In this document: piece after piece, positions 23,805 through 35,081 of the stretch
Layout: every line of letters begins with the position of its first letter
Numbering within the stretch: position 1 is the stretch's first letter
Assembly: GCA_051294375.1 (NCBI GenBank)
Contig: CM119270.1
Span: 7,109,067-7,149,226, forward strand
From: Paraspadella gotoi
Lineage: Eukaryota > Animalia > Chaetognatha
Direction: 5' to 3'
DNA: 40,160 bases
Made by a program: the position numbers and the translations under genes
The notes under the pieces: generated by a model
Databases searched by the model: none
What the model was told of the DNA's origin: nothing
What the model saw: the letters and a program-made list of their open reading frames with translations, nothing else

Positions 23805-24092
23805 NNNNNNNNNNNNNNNNNNNNNNNNNNNNNNNNNNNNNNNNNNNNNNNNNNNNNNNNNNNNNNNNNNNNNNNNNNNNNNNNNNNNNNNNNNNNNNNN
23901 NNNNNNNNNNNNNNNNNNNNNNNNNNNNNNNNNNNNNNNNNNNNNNNNNNNNNNNNNNNNNNNNNNNNNNNNNNNNNNNNNNNNNNNNNNNNNNNNNNNN
24001 NNNNNNNNNNNNNNNNNNNNNNNNNNNNNNNNNNNNNNNNNNNNNNNNNNNNNNNNNNNNNNNNNNNNNNNNNNNNNNNNNNNNNNNNNNNN
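23805..24092. other. Assembly gap (288 N)
   Basis: N run whose flanks match about 19936 and about 20143 in the first copy. Confidence 0.99.
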
Positions 24093-24362
24093 AGAGAGAG
24101 AGAGAGATAAACAGGTTCAATTTTTGCCTCTCGTTCTCTTCCCTTTCGCATTTGAACTTCAAAATTTTCGCTGGAAAAATTTTTTCGTTTTAAATTTAAC
24201 TGAAGATTTAGTCTTAACTTAATCTTAAAAAAAAAAAAACAAACTCAAACTGGTCCAACATTTAATCCAACGCCCCCCCAAAAAGCAAAAGATGAAAAAG
24301 AATTTTCTTAATTAAAGCGATGTTTAATGTTAACAGCGAAAAAAAAAAAACCTACATAAAAA

Positions 24363-24623
24363 ATGAAGATTCGCCTCGAAGTAAACTTTTTTTTTATCTC
24401 GGGGTTGTTTACTTTTCCGCCGTCAAATTCGTCGACGACGACGACGACGACGACGCCGACGCCGACGACGACGACGACGACGACGACTACGACGAAGAAT
24501 TCGAGAATCTTGTTTTGCCTCCCAGTAAAACAAACACGAGGATTAACGGAACCGAAAAAAAGGTAAGTAAGGGTTGTTTTTGGAAGATAAGAACTGGATA
24601 GATCCAGGCAGGTTATATCGATG

Positions 24624-24686
<63 letters not shown>

Positions 24687-24827
24687 TCCCCTTTCAGGGT
24701 TCTATTTCCATGTGAAAGACTGGGTTCTATCGAAACTCAATGCCGGTTAACTTTCAATCTTTCGTGGAATAAATTATCCGAGTTGATTAGAAGCGAAAAT
24801 GGGAGTAAGGGAGACGGAGAAGAGGAG

Positions 24828-24858
<31 letters not shown>

Positions 24859-24863
24859 AATAA
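24363..24863 (+). CDS. Hypothetical two-exon orphan ORF, about 121 aa, Thr-rich
   Basis: Exons 24363-24562 and 24698-24863 join in frame across a consensus intron (AAAG|gtaagt ... (TC)n cacacatcccctttcag|G). No recognisable domain, and both ends are microsatellite-derived. Confidence 0.3.
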
Positions 24864-25974
24864 TAAGAATACTAAAGACTAATTGAATGACAATGCTGTG
24901 GTTCTTTATTTATTCTCACATTTTTTCTCAATCAAAAGGATTATTAAAATTTAACAATATTCGAATTAAAAGCAATAGGTAATCTGATTGAATAAACCCT
25001 AATAATTTCACCGGCACTTTGATTAAAATGATGTATATGCTATAACAACTCTAATAAATAATGGCAACAATAACGGTTATCATTTCTACAGTCATGTGCA
25101 AAAAAAAGAGGACACTCTTCAATCTTAAGTTGTGCTCGTTTTATTCATTTATTATAAAAAATTATGAATAATAAATGAGCTATCGATCCCGATTCGATTC
25201 GTTATTTTAGACACTACAAAAAACTATTTTTAAAGATCTGCCAAAAACCAAAGATACTTTTTAGCCTTAATTGATGGGTATTATATTTATGTTTTTTAAA
25301 AAATTATGAATAGAAAATAAGGACTTTTGAAAGATTAACCCATATGTTTAACTTAAAACAAAATCGGTCCAGTTATTCCAGCATTTTCAACACAAGAGGT
25401 TAAAAATAACTTTTTTTTTTTTTTGCTCTAATATTCTATTTAAGTACTTAGGAGTTTTAATCTAGTTACTTTTAAAAATCCACTGCTTCATAATGGATTA
25501 TTATGAAGCCACCTATTAACAAAATTTACACCAATAGTTATTTTTTCTATAAATATTATTCACTTATAATATTTTCAATTTTAAAGGAATCTAACTTGAT
25601 TTATTTTCATAAATGTTTTTGGGTGTCTCTTTTTTTCACAGGACTGTACAACGATTTTGCTTTTTTTTACGACAACGACACTCGATTCTTAGACGACGAC
25701 GACGACAACAACAACAACAATCGTCTCGACAAGCGTCGCCTACTTCTCTCCATTTCGTTATCAGTCTCAGTAAACAGCTGAAAGTGTATCCCTCGAAAAA
25801 AGTGAAGAAAGTCAAGAAAATAAAAAGAAAAAGAAAAAAAGAGTAAAAGCTGAGAAAAAGTCCTCGAAGGGAAATTTCAGTTTCTTCGAATCATCGACTT
25901 CAGGTTTCACTTTTTTTTTCGCTTTTATTTTCGGGTCATAATTTTAAATGCGATCGATTCCTTGGGGTGTTCAA

Positions 25975-26588
25975 TAGAGTGATGTGAAAATGATGAAATT
26001 TTAGAAAATTAAAATTTAGCATATAAAACATGAACATAAAAACCATTAAAAATACTTTGGTAAATTTATTTTTTAATTTTATACATTAGTGGGCACCAGT
26101 GAGCTATATTTATATATAATAATAAGTATATAATAGGCTAAAATTTTAAAATGTAAATTTTTAAATTTTAAGATCGGATTTGGATTCCTTGCAAAAAGTT
26201 GTTAAAAGAAAGTATAATTCTTTTTTAAAAATTTTTTCATTAAGTTAGTCAAAAATGTAAAAAAATATATTTAAAAAGCCGATTTTTAATTTCCAGCTTA
26301 AAAATATAGTTTTTTGTAATTTTAACTTACTTAATAACATAATTTTTGAAAAAGATTTATATTTTCTTTTATCAACTTTTAACGAGGAATCTGAATCTGT
26401 TCTCAGAATTAAAAAAAAAACATTTTGAAATTTTGATATTATATAAGGGTAGTACTATAAACAAAATAAGCTGACTGGGCTACTATATTTGTAAAAAAAG
26501 AAAAATAACTACAGATTAGTATTCACAAATATGATAGTTTTCAAGATATAACTGCTAAATTTCAATTCCAAACTTTCACTTCACCCTA
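25975..26588. mobile_element. Non-autonomous fold-back DNA transposon (MITE), hAT-like, 614 bp, 8-bp TSD
   Basis: Exact direct repeat gtgttcaa at 25967-25974 and 26589-26596. Termini TAGAGTGATGTGAAA ... TTTCACTTCACCCTA. The arms remain complementary inward to about 26288. Confidence 0.85.
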
Positions 26589-27708
26589 GTGTTCAATCGA
26601 GACACGAGTTTATTACTTTGTGAACGTTGCCTTGAATGCGTCTTCCGTTAAATAATAATGTTAAACAAGAGGAGTGTTTGTTTATTTAGGAACAAATATT
26701 TCTTTAATAAGAAAAAAAGTTAAATTTTCAAATGCTCATATGAAGTAATGAAATTAGTCCAGCCAAAATAAAGATTATCCATTCATTCTATTAAACTCGC
26801 TATCTTGATCAAGAGATGCTAATGTTAATGCTAATGTTAATGCTAATGATAAGGTTTTATCAGAGCGACTAATATCCTAATGATACGCCAATCCTATAAT
26901 TCGAACCACACAGATCGACTTTCGCAGAAAATCTGGTTTTTTTTTAGACGCTGGTCGCGAAATTGAAAAAAAAAAAGTTGGATAAAAAACTTTGGAGCAA
27001 ATATTTGATCGAAAGAAAAGTTAATTTCGAGAGGAAAATAAATGATTTCTCCTTCTTTTTCGGGCGATGAGGGGCGGGTGATTTTTTTTGGGGCGAAAAG
27101 GAAGGGGAAAAGGGGCGAAAGAAAGTGCCCAAACTGTGGTTACAAGGAGCAAAGAAAGTGGGAGATCGGACAGAGATGAGCTGGAGGAAATTATTTAAAT
27201 GTGGAAAGGGGGAACAAAAAAAGCTTCGTGAGTTTTCAGTTTTTATTCTGACTGTATTTACGGAACCCACTGTACAAATTTCTAATCTTCCCTGAAAACT
27301 GGTTGGAAAAAGTGAGTTCGTAAGAAGGAAGAGAATAAGAAGGAATAAAGAGGAAATGTGATGGCAAGAAATGAGTGATTCTGAGTGAAACGGAACCCAG
27401 AGTGAGAGAAGGGTTAAGAAAGAAACGGGTCGATGATGTCAAGTTTACGTAAGGAATGAAACTTTTGAAAAAAGGATAAACTGAGGCGAACGATTTAAAG
27501 TATTTAGGGAAGTTTATGACCAAAGCGACAACTGGGAGTTGGGTGTTAAGAAAAAAATAAACTGTATTCTGGGTGGGGGTGGATTTTTTTTCAAAATCTA
27601 CAGAGCGATGATAAATAAACCTCGGGGGAAGAAAATGTTTTTGTCGATGCGTGTGTGAACCGACGCGCACCAGCGACCCTCGTGAAAAAAGTCTCACTTC
27701 CCCAGTGA

Positions 27709-27820
<112 letters not shown>

Positions 27821-28305
27821 AGTTCGCGCCTTGCCGAGCTTTCTCCCCACTTTTAAATTCTCCTACACTGCTGTGCCTTATTTTTGGGCAAAAAGTTTAA
27901 ATTAAAAATTTACTTTGATGGTGTTACCTTTTTAAATTATTTTTTTTAGTATACCTAAATATTGCTATTGAATTTCTTTTGAGGTCTGCTTTTGTTTCTC
28001 AAAGAAAATCTTGCTTGAAATTTCAGTTATAAATAAATATTTTATTAACAGTATGCATGTATTAACTCTATTAGACTTTTTGACATTATGATTTGGCTCC
28101 TGAATTTCAAGAATTTTACTTTTAAATCAATCATCCCTAATCGTCAAAGAGAAACCACATCACAGCAAATTTACCTCAGCTCGCGAACGCAGCAGTAACC
28201 GCAGGAACAGACGCTGCGACGTCGGCTTCGGCAGCAGCCATCGAAACGGTTGAGCCATTTACAATAAATGTTATATACGGCCTCCGCGAAGGAAACGGCT
28301 GTATC

Positions 28306-28332
28306 GGCGGTGGAGGCGGCGACGGCGGTGGA

Positions 28333-28414
<82 letters not shown>

Positions 28415-28451
28415 GAAGCGGCGGCGGCGGAGGCGGTGGAAGCGGCGGCGG
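28306..28451 (+). repeat. (GGC)n trinucleotide repeat
   Basis: About 26 pure ggc units at 28333-28412 with degenerate flanks. A related shorter tract lies at about 30085-30147. Confidence 0.95.
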
Positions 28452-28941
28452 CAACCGCTGCTGAGCCGGTTAAGACGGAGACGACGATTTGCATTGCCTA
28501 ACAACTGCTTCGTGAATGAATATAAATGTGTGAAATTTGTCAGTGAAATCACAACCAGTGTCAGTAATCTGTCAACCGAGAATTTCTCTCAAATCGAACG
28601 ACAATTATTATATCTTATGCTCATTTTAACTGTGTTACCAAGCTTATTAAAGAAACTTTTGTCACAAAAGCTTCAAAGAAAAAAAAAACAACTGTGCACC
28701 AAAGCTCCTAGGCGAACAAATATCCACAAAGCTTCTAAGACTAAGAGAACAACCTTACCGCAAACCTAAGAGAACAGAATTATCACAAAGCTTTAACTCT
28801 GCATTTAATCCACCGTCCAACAAAGGACTCCTCATCTGGACGACTTCCCGTTTTTTGCCAAATCTGAAAATCTTTCTAGATCCCGAGTCGAAGTCTTGGC
28901 AACGGACGCCGATTCCCATGAGACGAGCGGATCGATGGATC

Positions 28942-29752
28942 CGATGGAATCAATGGAATTAAATCTATGGAAATTCCATTGGAATGGACGGAAAGGAAGG
29001 AATCAACGAAAACGATGGAATAAATGGAATTAAATCTATGGAATGGATGGAAAGGAAGGAATCAAAGAAAACGATGGAGTAAATGGAATTAAATCTATGG
29101 AATAGATGGAAAGGAAGGAATCAAATAAAACGATGGAGTAAATGGAATTAAATCTATGGAATGGATGGAAAGGAAGGAATCAAAGAAAACGATGGAGTAA
29201 ATGGAATTAAATCTATGGAATGGATGGAAAGGAAGGAATCAAAGAAAACGATGGAGTAAATGGAATTAAATCTATGGAATGGATGGAAAGGAAGGAATCA
29301 AAGAAAACGATGGAAGCAATGGAATTAAATCTATGGAAATTCCATTGGAATGGATGGAAAGAAAGGAATCAACGAAAACGATGGAATAAATGGAATTAAA
29401 TCTATGGAATGGATGGAAAGGAAGGAATCAACAAAAACGATGGAATAAATGGAATTAAATCTATGGAATGGATGGAAAGGAAGGAATCAAAGAAAACGAT
29501 GGAATAAATGGAATTAAATCTATGGAATGGATGGAAAGGAAGGAATCAAAGAAAACGATGGAATCAATGGAATTAAATCTATGGAATGGATGGAAAGAAA
29601 GGAATCAACGAAAATGATGGAGTAAATGGAATTAAATCTATGGAATGGATGGAAAGGAAGGAATCAAAGAAAACGATGGAATAAATGGAATTAAATCTAT
29701 GGAATGGATGGAAAGGAAGGAATCAAAGAAAACGATGGAATAGATAGAATCG
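28942..29752 (+). repeat. 59-bp tandem satellite built from ATGGA/GGAAT pentamers, 13 full units plus a partial
   Basis: Consensus cgatggaRtaaatggaattaaatctatggaatggatggaaaggaaggaatcaaagaaaa. Unit starts: 28942, 29013, 29072, 29131, 29190, 29249, 29308, 29379, 29438, 29497, 29556, 29615, 29674, 29733. Confidence 0.96.
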
Positions 29753-30323
29753 TTGTTTGCGGAACTAGATACGTGTGGTCAATGTTACTTTAAAGGTGCT
29801 TTTATGTAATCCAGAAATAGTATGATTGTTCTTAAAATGCATTAATCAAAGGGTCAAATTAATTAAAACATCACTTTTGCCATTAGTAAAGTCGTAATTG
29901 TTTTCACTTTATTCCTTCAACGTTTCTGTGTGCACTGTGCAGTGTCAAAACTGACGAAACAACGGGAATAATTCTTTTTTAGACACCAAATTTATGTCAT
30001 TTTCATATTTGCCATCCTCTACAATGCCATTCGCTTGCTCACGGCAGCTTTAGTTCAGACATCGTCGTCTACAGAAGCTGTGTCGGCAGAGGCGGCGGCT
30101 TATGCGTCGACGGCGGCGGCGGCGGCGGCGGAGACGGCGGCGGCGCCGACTTTTATGATTCACAAGCCACGTGGCGCGTTTTTCTTTCTGGCATCAGCCT
30201 TGTCAACTTCTCAGGTGTTTTCCTCCGGTTTTATTTCAGAAACTTTACGGCGGTTTCCCACTTTAAAACTCCCTGGTTGGAAAGGGAAAGAGAGAGAGAG
30301 GGAGAGAGGGAGGGAGAGAGGGA

Positions 30324-30369
<46 letters not shown>

Positions 30370-30622
30370 ATAGAGGCGTGGCCATTCACCCATATAACCT
30401 CGCAGAAACGTCATCATATCTTTAACATTAATTTTGATATTGGGACAATAACGACCCATAGGGGAAACGCTCTCTCGTTTCCAGCCGCAAAAGACGACGA
30501 CGACGACAACGACGACAACAATATCAACGACGACCACGACGTTCGCAACCATATCAAAGGACACTATAACGAAACTGAACGACGACCGACGATATCAAGG
30601 ACGAAGACGACGACGACGACGC

Positions 30623-30659
<37 letters not shown>

Positions 30660-31458
30660 GTATTGACTCAAATGACGAAGACGACAAAGAGAGAGCAAAA
30701 CTATTGAATCACATCTTATAAAACTATGATAACTATTTCGAATGAAAGTAATGGTGAAAGGGATGACAACGACCAAAAAGACGACGACAACGACAGCAAC
30801 GAAAGCGACGACAACGACAGCTGATAAAGAGCAACTGAGCTTAATTAGTTGGTCACTGACTTTTAGAAGAAAAAAAAAGGGAAACGCGTCTGAATTGATT
30901 CGAGTCGAGAAAACAACGACAACAACAACAACAACATCAACAAGTGGAAGCACCGAATCAACATTCACAATGTAGAACCTATTGTTGTAACAATTCAATC
31001 GAAATTAAGCACAAACGAAATCAGAACTCACAACAACGACGACGACGACGACAACAACGACGACGCCTTTTGTTTTGGCCTCTTTTGATTTTCTCTCTCT
31101 TTCCGTTTTTTCTTCGGAAATCGAAAAACTCGTTCGTGATCCGAGACTTTGAGGTCATTTTCGAATGAAAGGGAAAATAACGAGTGGGCGGAGAAAAACA
31201 AGAGCGGGAGCATAGAGTAAAAAATAGTTGATAGTAAAAAAAAAACAACATATTATTATTTCTTTTTCAAAAACACTACCGTGATTAATAAAAATAATTT
31301 AATACGGATGAAGTTTTTTTTATCATCATCATCTCAGTCATCATCGTCGTCGTCATCTAAATCGTTATTCCAAATGTGTGAGGCGGAAAATATCTAAAAG
31401 GGGAAAAGAAAAAGATTTAAGAGTCGAAAATTCGATGGAGGAAGTGAAAAATGGGCGC

Positions 31459-31689
31459 GGAGGAAAGGAAAGGAGAAATGAAGGAAAGGAAAGGAGAAAT
31501 GGAGGAAATGAGAGGAGATCTGGAGGAAAGGAAAGGAGAACTGGAGGAAAGGAGAGGAGAAATAGGGGATAGGGAAAGAGAATTGGAGGAAAGAAAAGGA
31601 GAAATAGGGGATAGGGAAGGAGAACTGGAGGAAGAGAAAGGGGAAATAGAGGATAGAAAAGGAGAAATGGAGGAAAGGAAAGGAAAAAT
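31459..31689 (+). repeat. 21-bp purine-rich minisatellite, 11 units
   Basis: Consensus ggaggaaaggaaaggagaaat repeated in exact 21-nt register. Confidence 0.9.
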
Positions 31690-32128
31690 GGATCAAAGGA
31701 GAAAAAAAAAAGACAAATTGAGGAAATTGATTTGGAAGAAAAAAACGAAAGCAAAGAAAATGGTCGATATGGAAAATAGATAAAGAAATTAAGAAGAAGA
31801 GATTTGATGAAAGGATAAAGACTGCAAATGAAGAATAGAAAAAGGAAAATGTTGATGAGGGAGATTTTAGAGGAGAGAATTAAAAAGAAAAGATGTTCAA
31901 GGGAAAAAGGGTTGGACGCCGGAAGCTGGTGAAAAAGAATAAAATTAAAGAGGGCGTGGCAGAGGGTCGATTGGAGAAAACGTCAACGCCGATAGTCGCA
32001 CCTCCAAGGCCAAGTGTCTCGCAACTCTTTCACTCTCTCTCTCTCTCTCTCCTCTCTTCTCTGGTTGAGGGAAAGCGAGACACACCGGAAAAGAAGTAGT
32101 AAAGCAATCTCGAGAGTGGGAGGAGAGA

Positions 32129-32225
<97 letters not shown>

Positions 32226-33487
32226 CGAGAGGCTTAAATGAAGATTGGCGGCTGTAAAAAAGAGAATAGCAACGCGAACGGGCAAAGGGCAGAGGAGAGA
32301 GAGAGAGGAAGAAGCAGTGAGAGAGAGGGAGAGGGAGAGAGAGGGAGAGGGAGAGAGTACACATAGTCTGAGCACGTCATTGTCGTTAGGAACGTGAGTT
32401 TGGAGACGAGAAATCCGTGAATACACTTGACGATTGGGTCGTCGTCGTCGTCGTTGTCGTTGTCGTCGTCGTTGTCGTTGTTTTCTTTTTTTTCTTCGCC
32501 GTTCTCATCGTGATTGTCATTGCCGTCATTTTCTACCATCAGGTTGTCATCATCAGTTTGTGATCTTTGTGAAAGCTAAAACGAGGCTAAACAGCCTATT
32601 CTTTCCTCTTTTATTTATGTATTTTTTTTAACTTGAGATTAAACCAACAACTTTCTAATCCAGTGGCAACGGAGATTGTCCGAGGCATTGCTCAGTTGAA
32701 CCCGCCAATAGATATCAATCCCTCAGTTGTGACCCGGAGTGAAGCCATCAGATCCCCAAAATTGAGAGGGCGCTGTGGTCGTGGAAAACCCGAAGCCTGG
32801 TTTCATGCCCACTGCCCAGGTCCCGATCCCTGGCTTCCAGAGGGGGCCTTCGTGTGGAAATTCGCCGTGCTAATCTTAATTAGGTTTCAGAATCGCGAAA
32901 ATTTTAAGTCAAACAACACAAGACAATTTTTTTTCCACTCAAGGTCAACTCTTGGCTTTCTTAACTTTGAAAAAAAAATTACGAGAATCGACAACTGTGA
33001 AATTGGTATAACCGGCATTATAAAAATTATTCATTCATTTCATAAGTAAGCTCTCTTGCCCCTGACTTTGGACTTGCTAAGGTGGTATATGGACTCCATC
33101 ACTCTTACAAGATAATGACATAGCAGGTCCCTGCAAGCTTTCAATCCAAACTCTCTCATAGTTTAATTTATCATAAAAGTACCAACGACAATGGCTTTGC
33201 TCTTGCCGACTAGATTCCGATTTGAACCTTGTCTTGCTACCGAGCTTTCTTAAGCTTTTTTAAGTTTCATTCTTCTACAATGAAATCCAATGCGATACAG
33301 TAAAACCTTTTCGAATCCATTACAAACTTTATTTCAGTTTACAATTCGTTATAAAAAAAATAAACTAAGTGAAAACCTCGCGTTACAAATCATAAAACAG
33401 GAGATTTGCAAGGGTTCCCTGTGAAATTAGTGAAAATAAGTGAAACTCTTTTTTTTTTCATAATGATAATCAATTATCGTCCGGGGG

Positions 33488-34368
33488 TTAACTAAAGTTT
33501 GACGCGTCCGATACGGCGGAGGCGACGGCTGCAGTTGCCCCGACGATGAGAGCGACGGGAACGATGACGATGACGAGCACAGTTATGATGATTCCTGAGA
33601 TGGAAACCCACATCGAGGCTTTGGCCTTGCAGCGGGCGTCTTCCAGATCGCCTGATGGGGGAAAATGGGAGAGTGATGGTGCTGTTTAGGTTTTAAAGAT
33701 AGGAAGTGACGTTTGAAAATATTTGAGAAGTGTTGAGATAATTAAACAAAAAAAATTGCTTTTAAATATTTGCAGGTGATGAGCCGTCCAATGACGTTAT
33801 CTCAGTCATAAAGATATCGCGACAGAAGGTTACTTAATTGAAAGGATTTTTCGAAAGGCCCTGGCAATGCCCACTGCCGTTGTTTCAAATTAAGCGGCTT
33901 ATACGTAGAAATTAATGTTCAAATCTATAAATATGAAGTAAAATTTTGCCCCTCCCCCACCCCCTGTCCTGTGTTCAAATCTCATTTCACCTGAGTCGTA
34001 GGAGCTATCCGAGACGCAAGAGAGAATCCAAGCGATGATTCCAAAAATAGGATTACAGCAGAATGTGGTGAGGACAGCAAGCACCATGCAATTGTTGGGC
34101 TTGGGCGCCGCTTGCTGAACCACGACCGTCGTCGTTGGCATCACCATCGGCTGCACTTGTACCGGCTGCATATGCTGGACTTGTGTCTGGTTGTAGGAAA
34201 GGGGCGTGGAGAGAGGGAGAGAGGGAGAGAGGGAGAGAGAGAGAGAGAAAGAGGGTGAAAGAGGAGTAGGTTTAAGAAAGTATATAAATCTCTATAAGGC
34301 TACTTAACAAGACTCAACTCAGACTTTTTCACTTTATTCTTACGGTTGGTTCGACTTACCGAGTACAT
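33488..34368 (-). CDS. CD225/dispanin family protein (IFITM/PRRT1-like), short paralog, 3 exons, about 122 aa
   Basis: Exons 34368-34360 (ATG TAC TCG|gtaagt), 34186-33991 and 33651-33488 join in frame. CD225 pattern: PNNCMVLAVLTTFCCNPIFGIIAWILS...YDSGDLEDARCKAKASMWVSISGII, then a C-terminal TM helix. AATAAA on the minus strand at 33333-33328. Confidence 0.92.
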
Positions 34369-35081
34369 TTTGGGTTGAGTTCGGCACTTTTAGCGATTTT
34401 TTTTTTTTTAATGTCAAGTTACCTCTCTTGAAAATATGAACACGAACTAGAGAACACATGAAAAAAATATATAATAAACCGAATAATTAAAAAAACTATT
34501 CAAAATTTAATAACTTATAAAAACGACATAAAAGAATATACTGTTGTTTCATTCGTATATACGGAGCAAAAGTGCAGCAGTTTAAGAACCGAGTCGAAAG
34601 TCTCCTTCCGAACCGACATTGAAAGTTATTGATTCTCGACGCAATGCACAGACGACGTTCGCAATGTGAAATAGAAGGCACAACGCTTTGCCGCAATCTG
34701 CCGCACAAATGCTGCAGACGCACATTGACAAAGCACTCTTTCGTATAAAGTTCATATTCTTAATTGGAAATATTATTCAAACTTTCGGAAGTCGCGATTC
34801 TGGAACAAAAAAACACAAAATTTTTAAAAGTCGTAGAATATTTTAACGAGAGGATTGGGGAAAGAATTTCATCCCTACCCCAGTTAAATCGAAAGGTGAA
34901 GCAAGTTTGTGAAGACAGTGAAATTAATTAAATATGTCGGTGCCCAAAAAGTTTTCTATAAAACAAATAAAGCGATGTTTAAAAAAAAAAAAAGATTTTA
35001 AGAGTCAATTTAATTATTTTTTTTCTTCGCAAATTTTATTTCGGAAAAATGCTTATTTGTTATAATCAATAATGCATTTTT

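Noticed and set aside
25335-25403. TTAACC...GGTTAA piggyBac-like miniature element
   Set aside because: Only 69 bp with a weak inverted match; could arise by chance in AT-rich DNA.
28171-28552. Poly-Ala/Pro/Arg ORFs
   Set aside because: Produced by the (GGC)n repeat; several frames are open and none has flanking domain evidence.
28942-29752. CRISPR-like array (also considered for 38068-38614)
   Set aside because: Units are contiguous near-identical tandem repeats with no unique spacers and no cas genes, in a eukaryotic genome.
33195-33250. tRNA gene or tRNA-derived SINE head on the minus strand (agctcggtagc ... ggttcaaatc)
   Set aside because: The A-box and B-box-like motifs are too close together and no cloverleaf can be folded.
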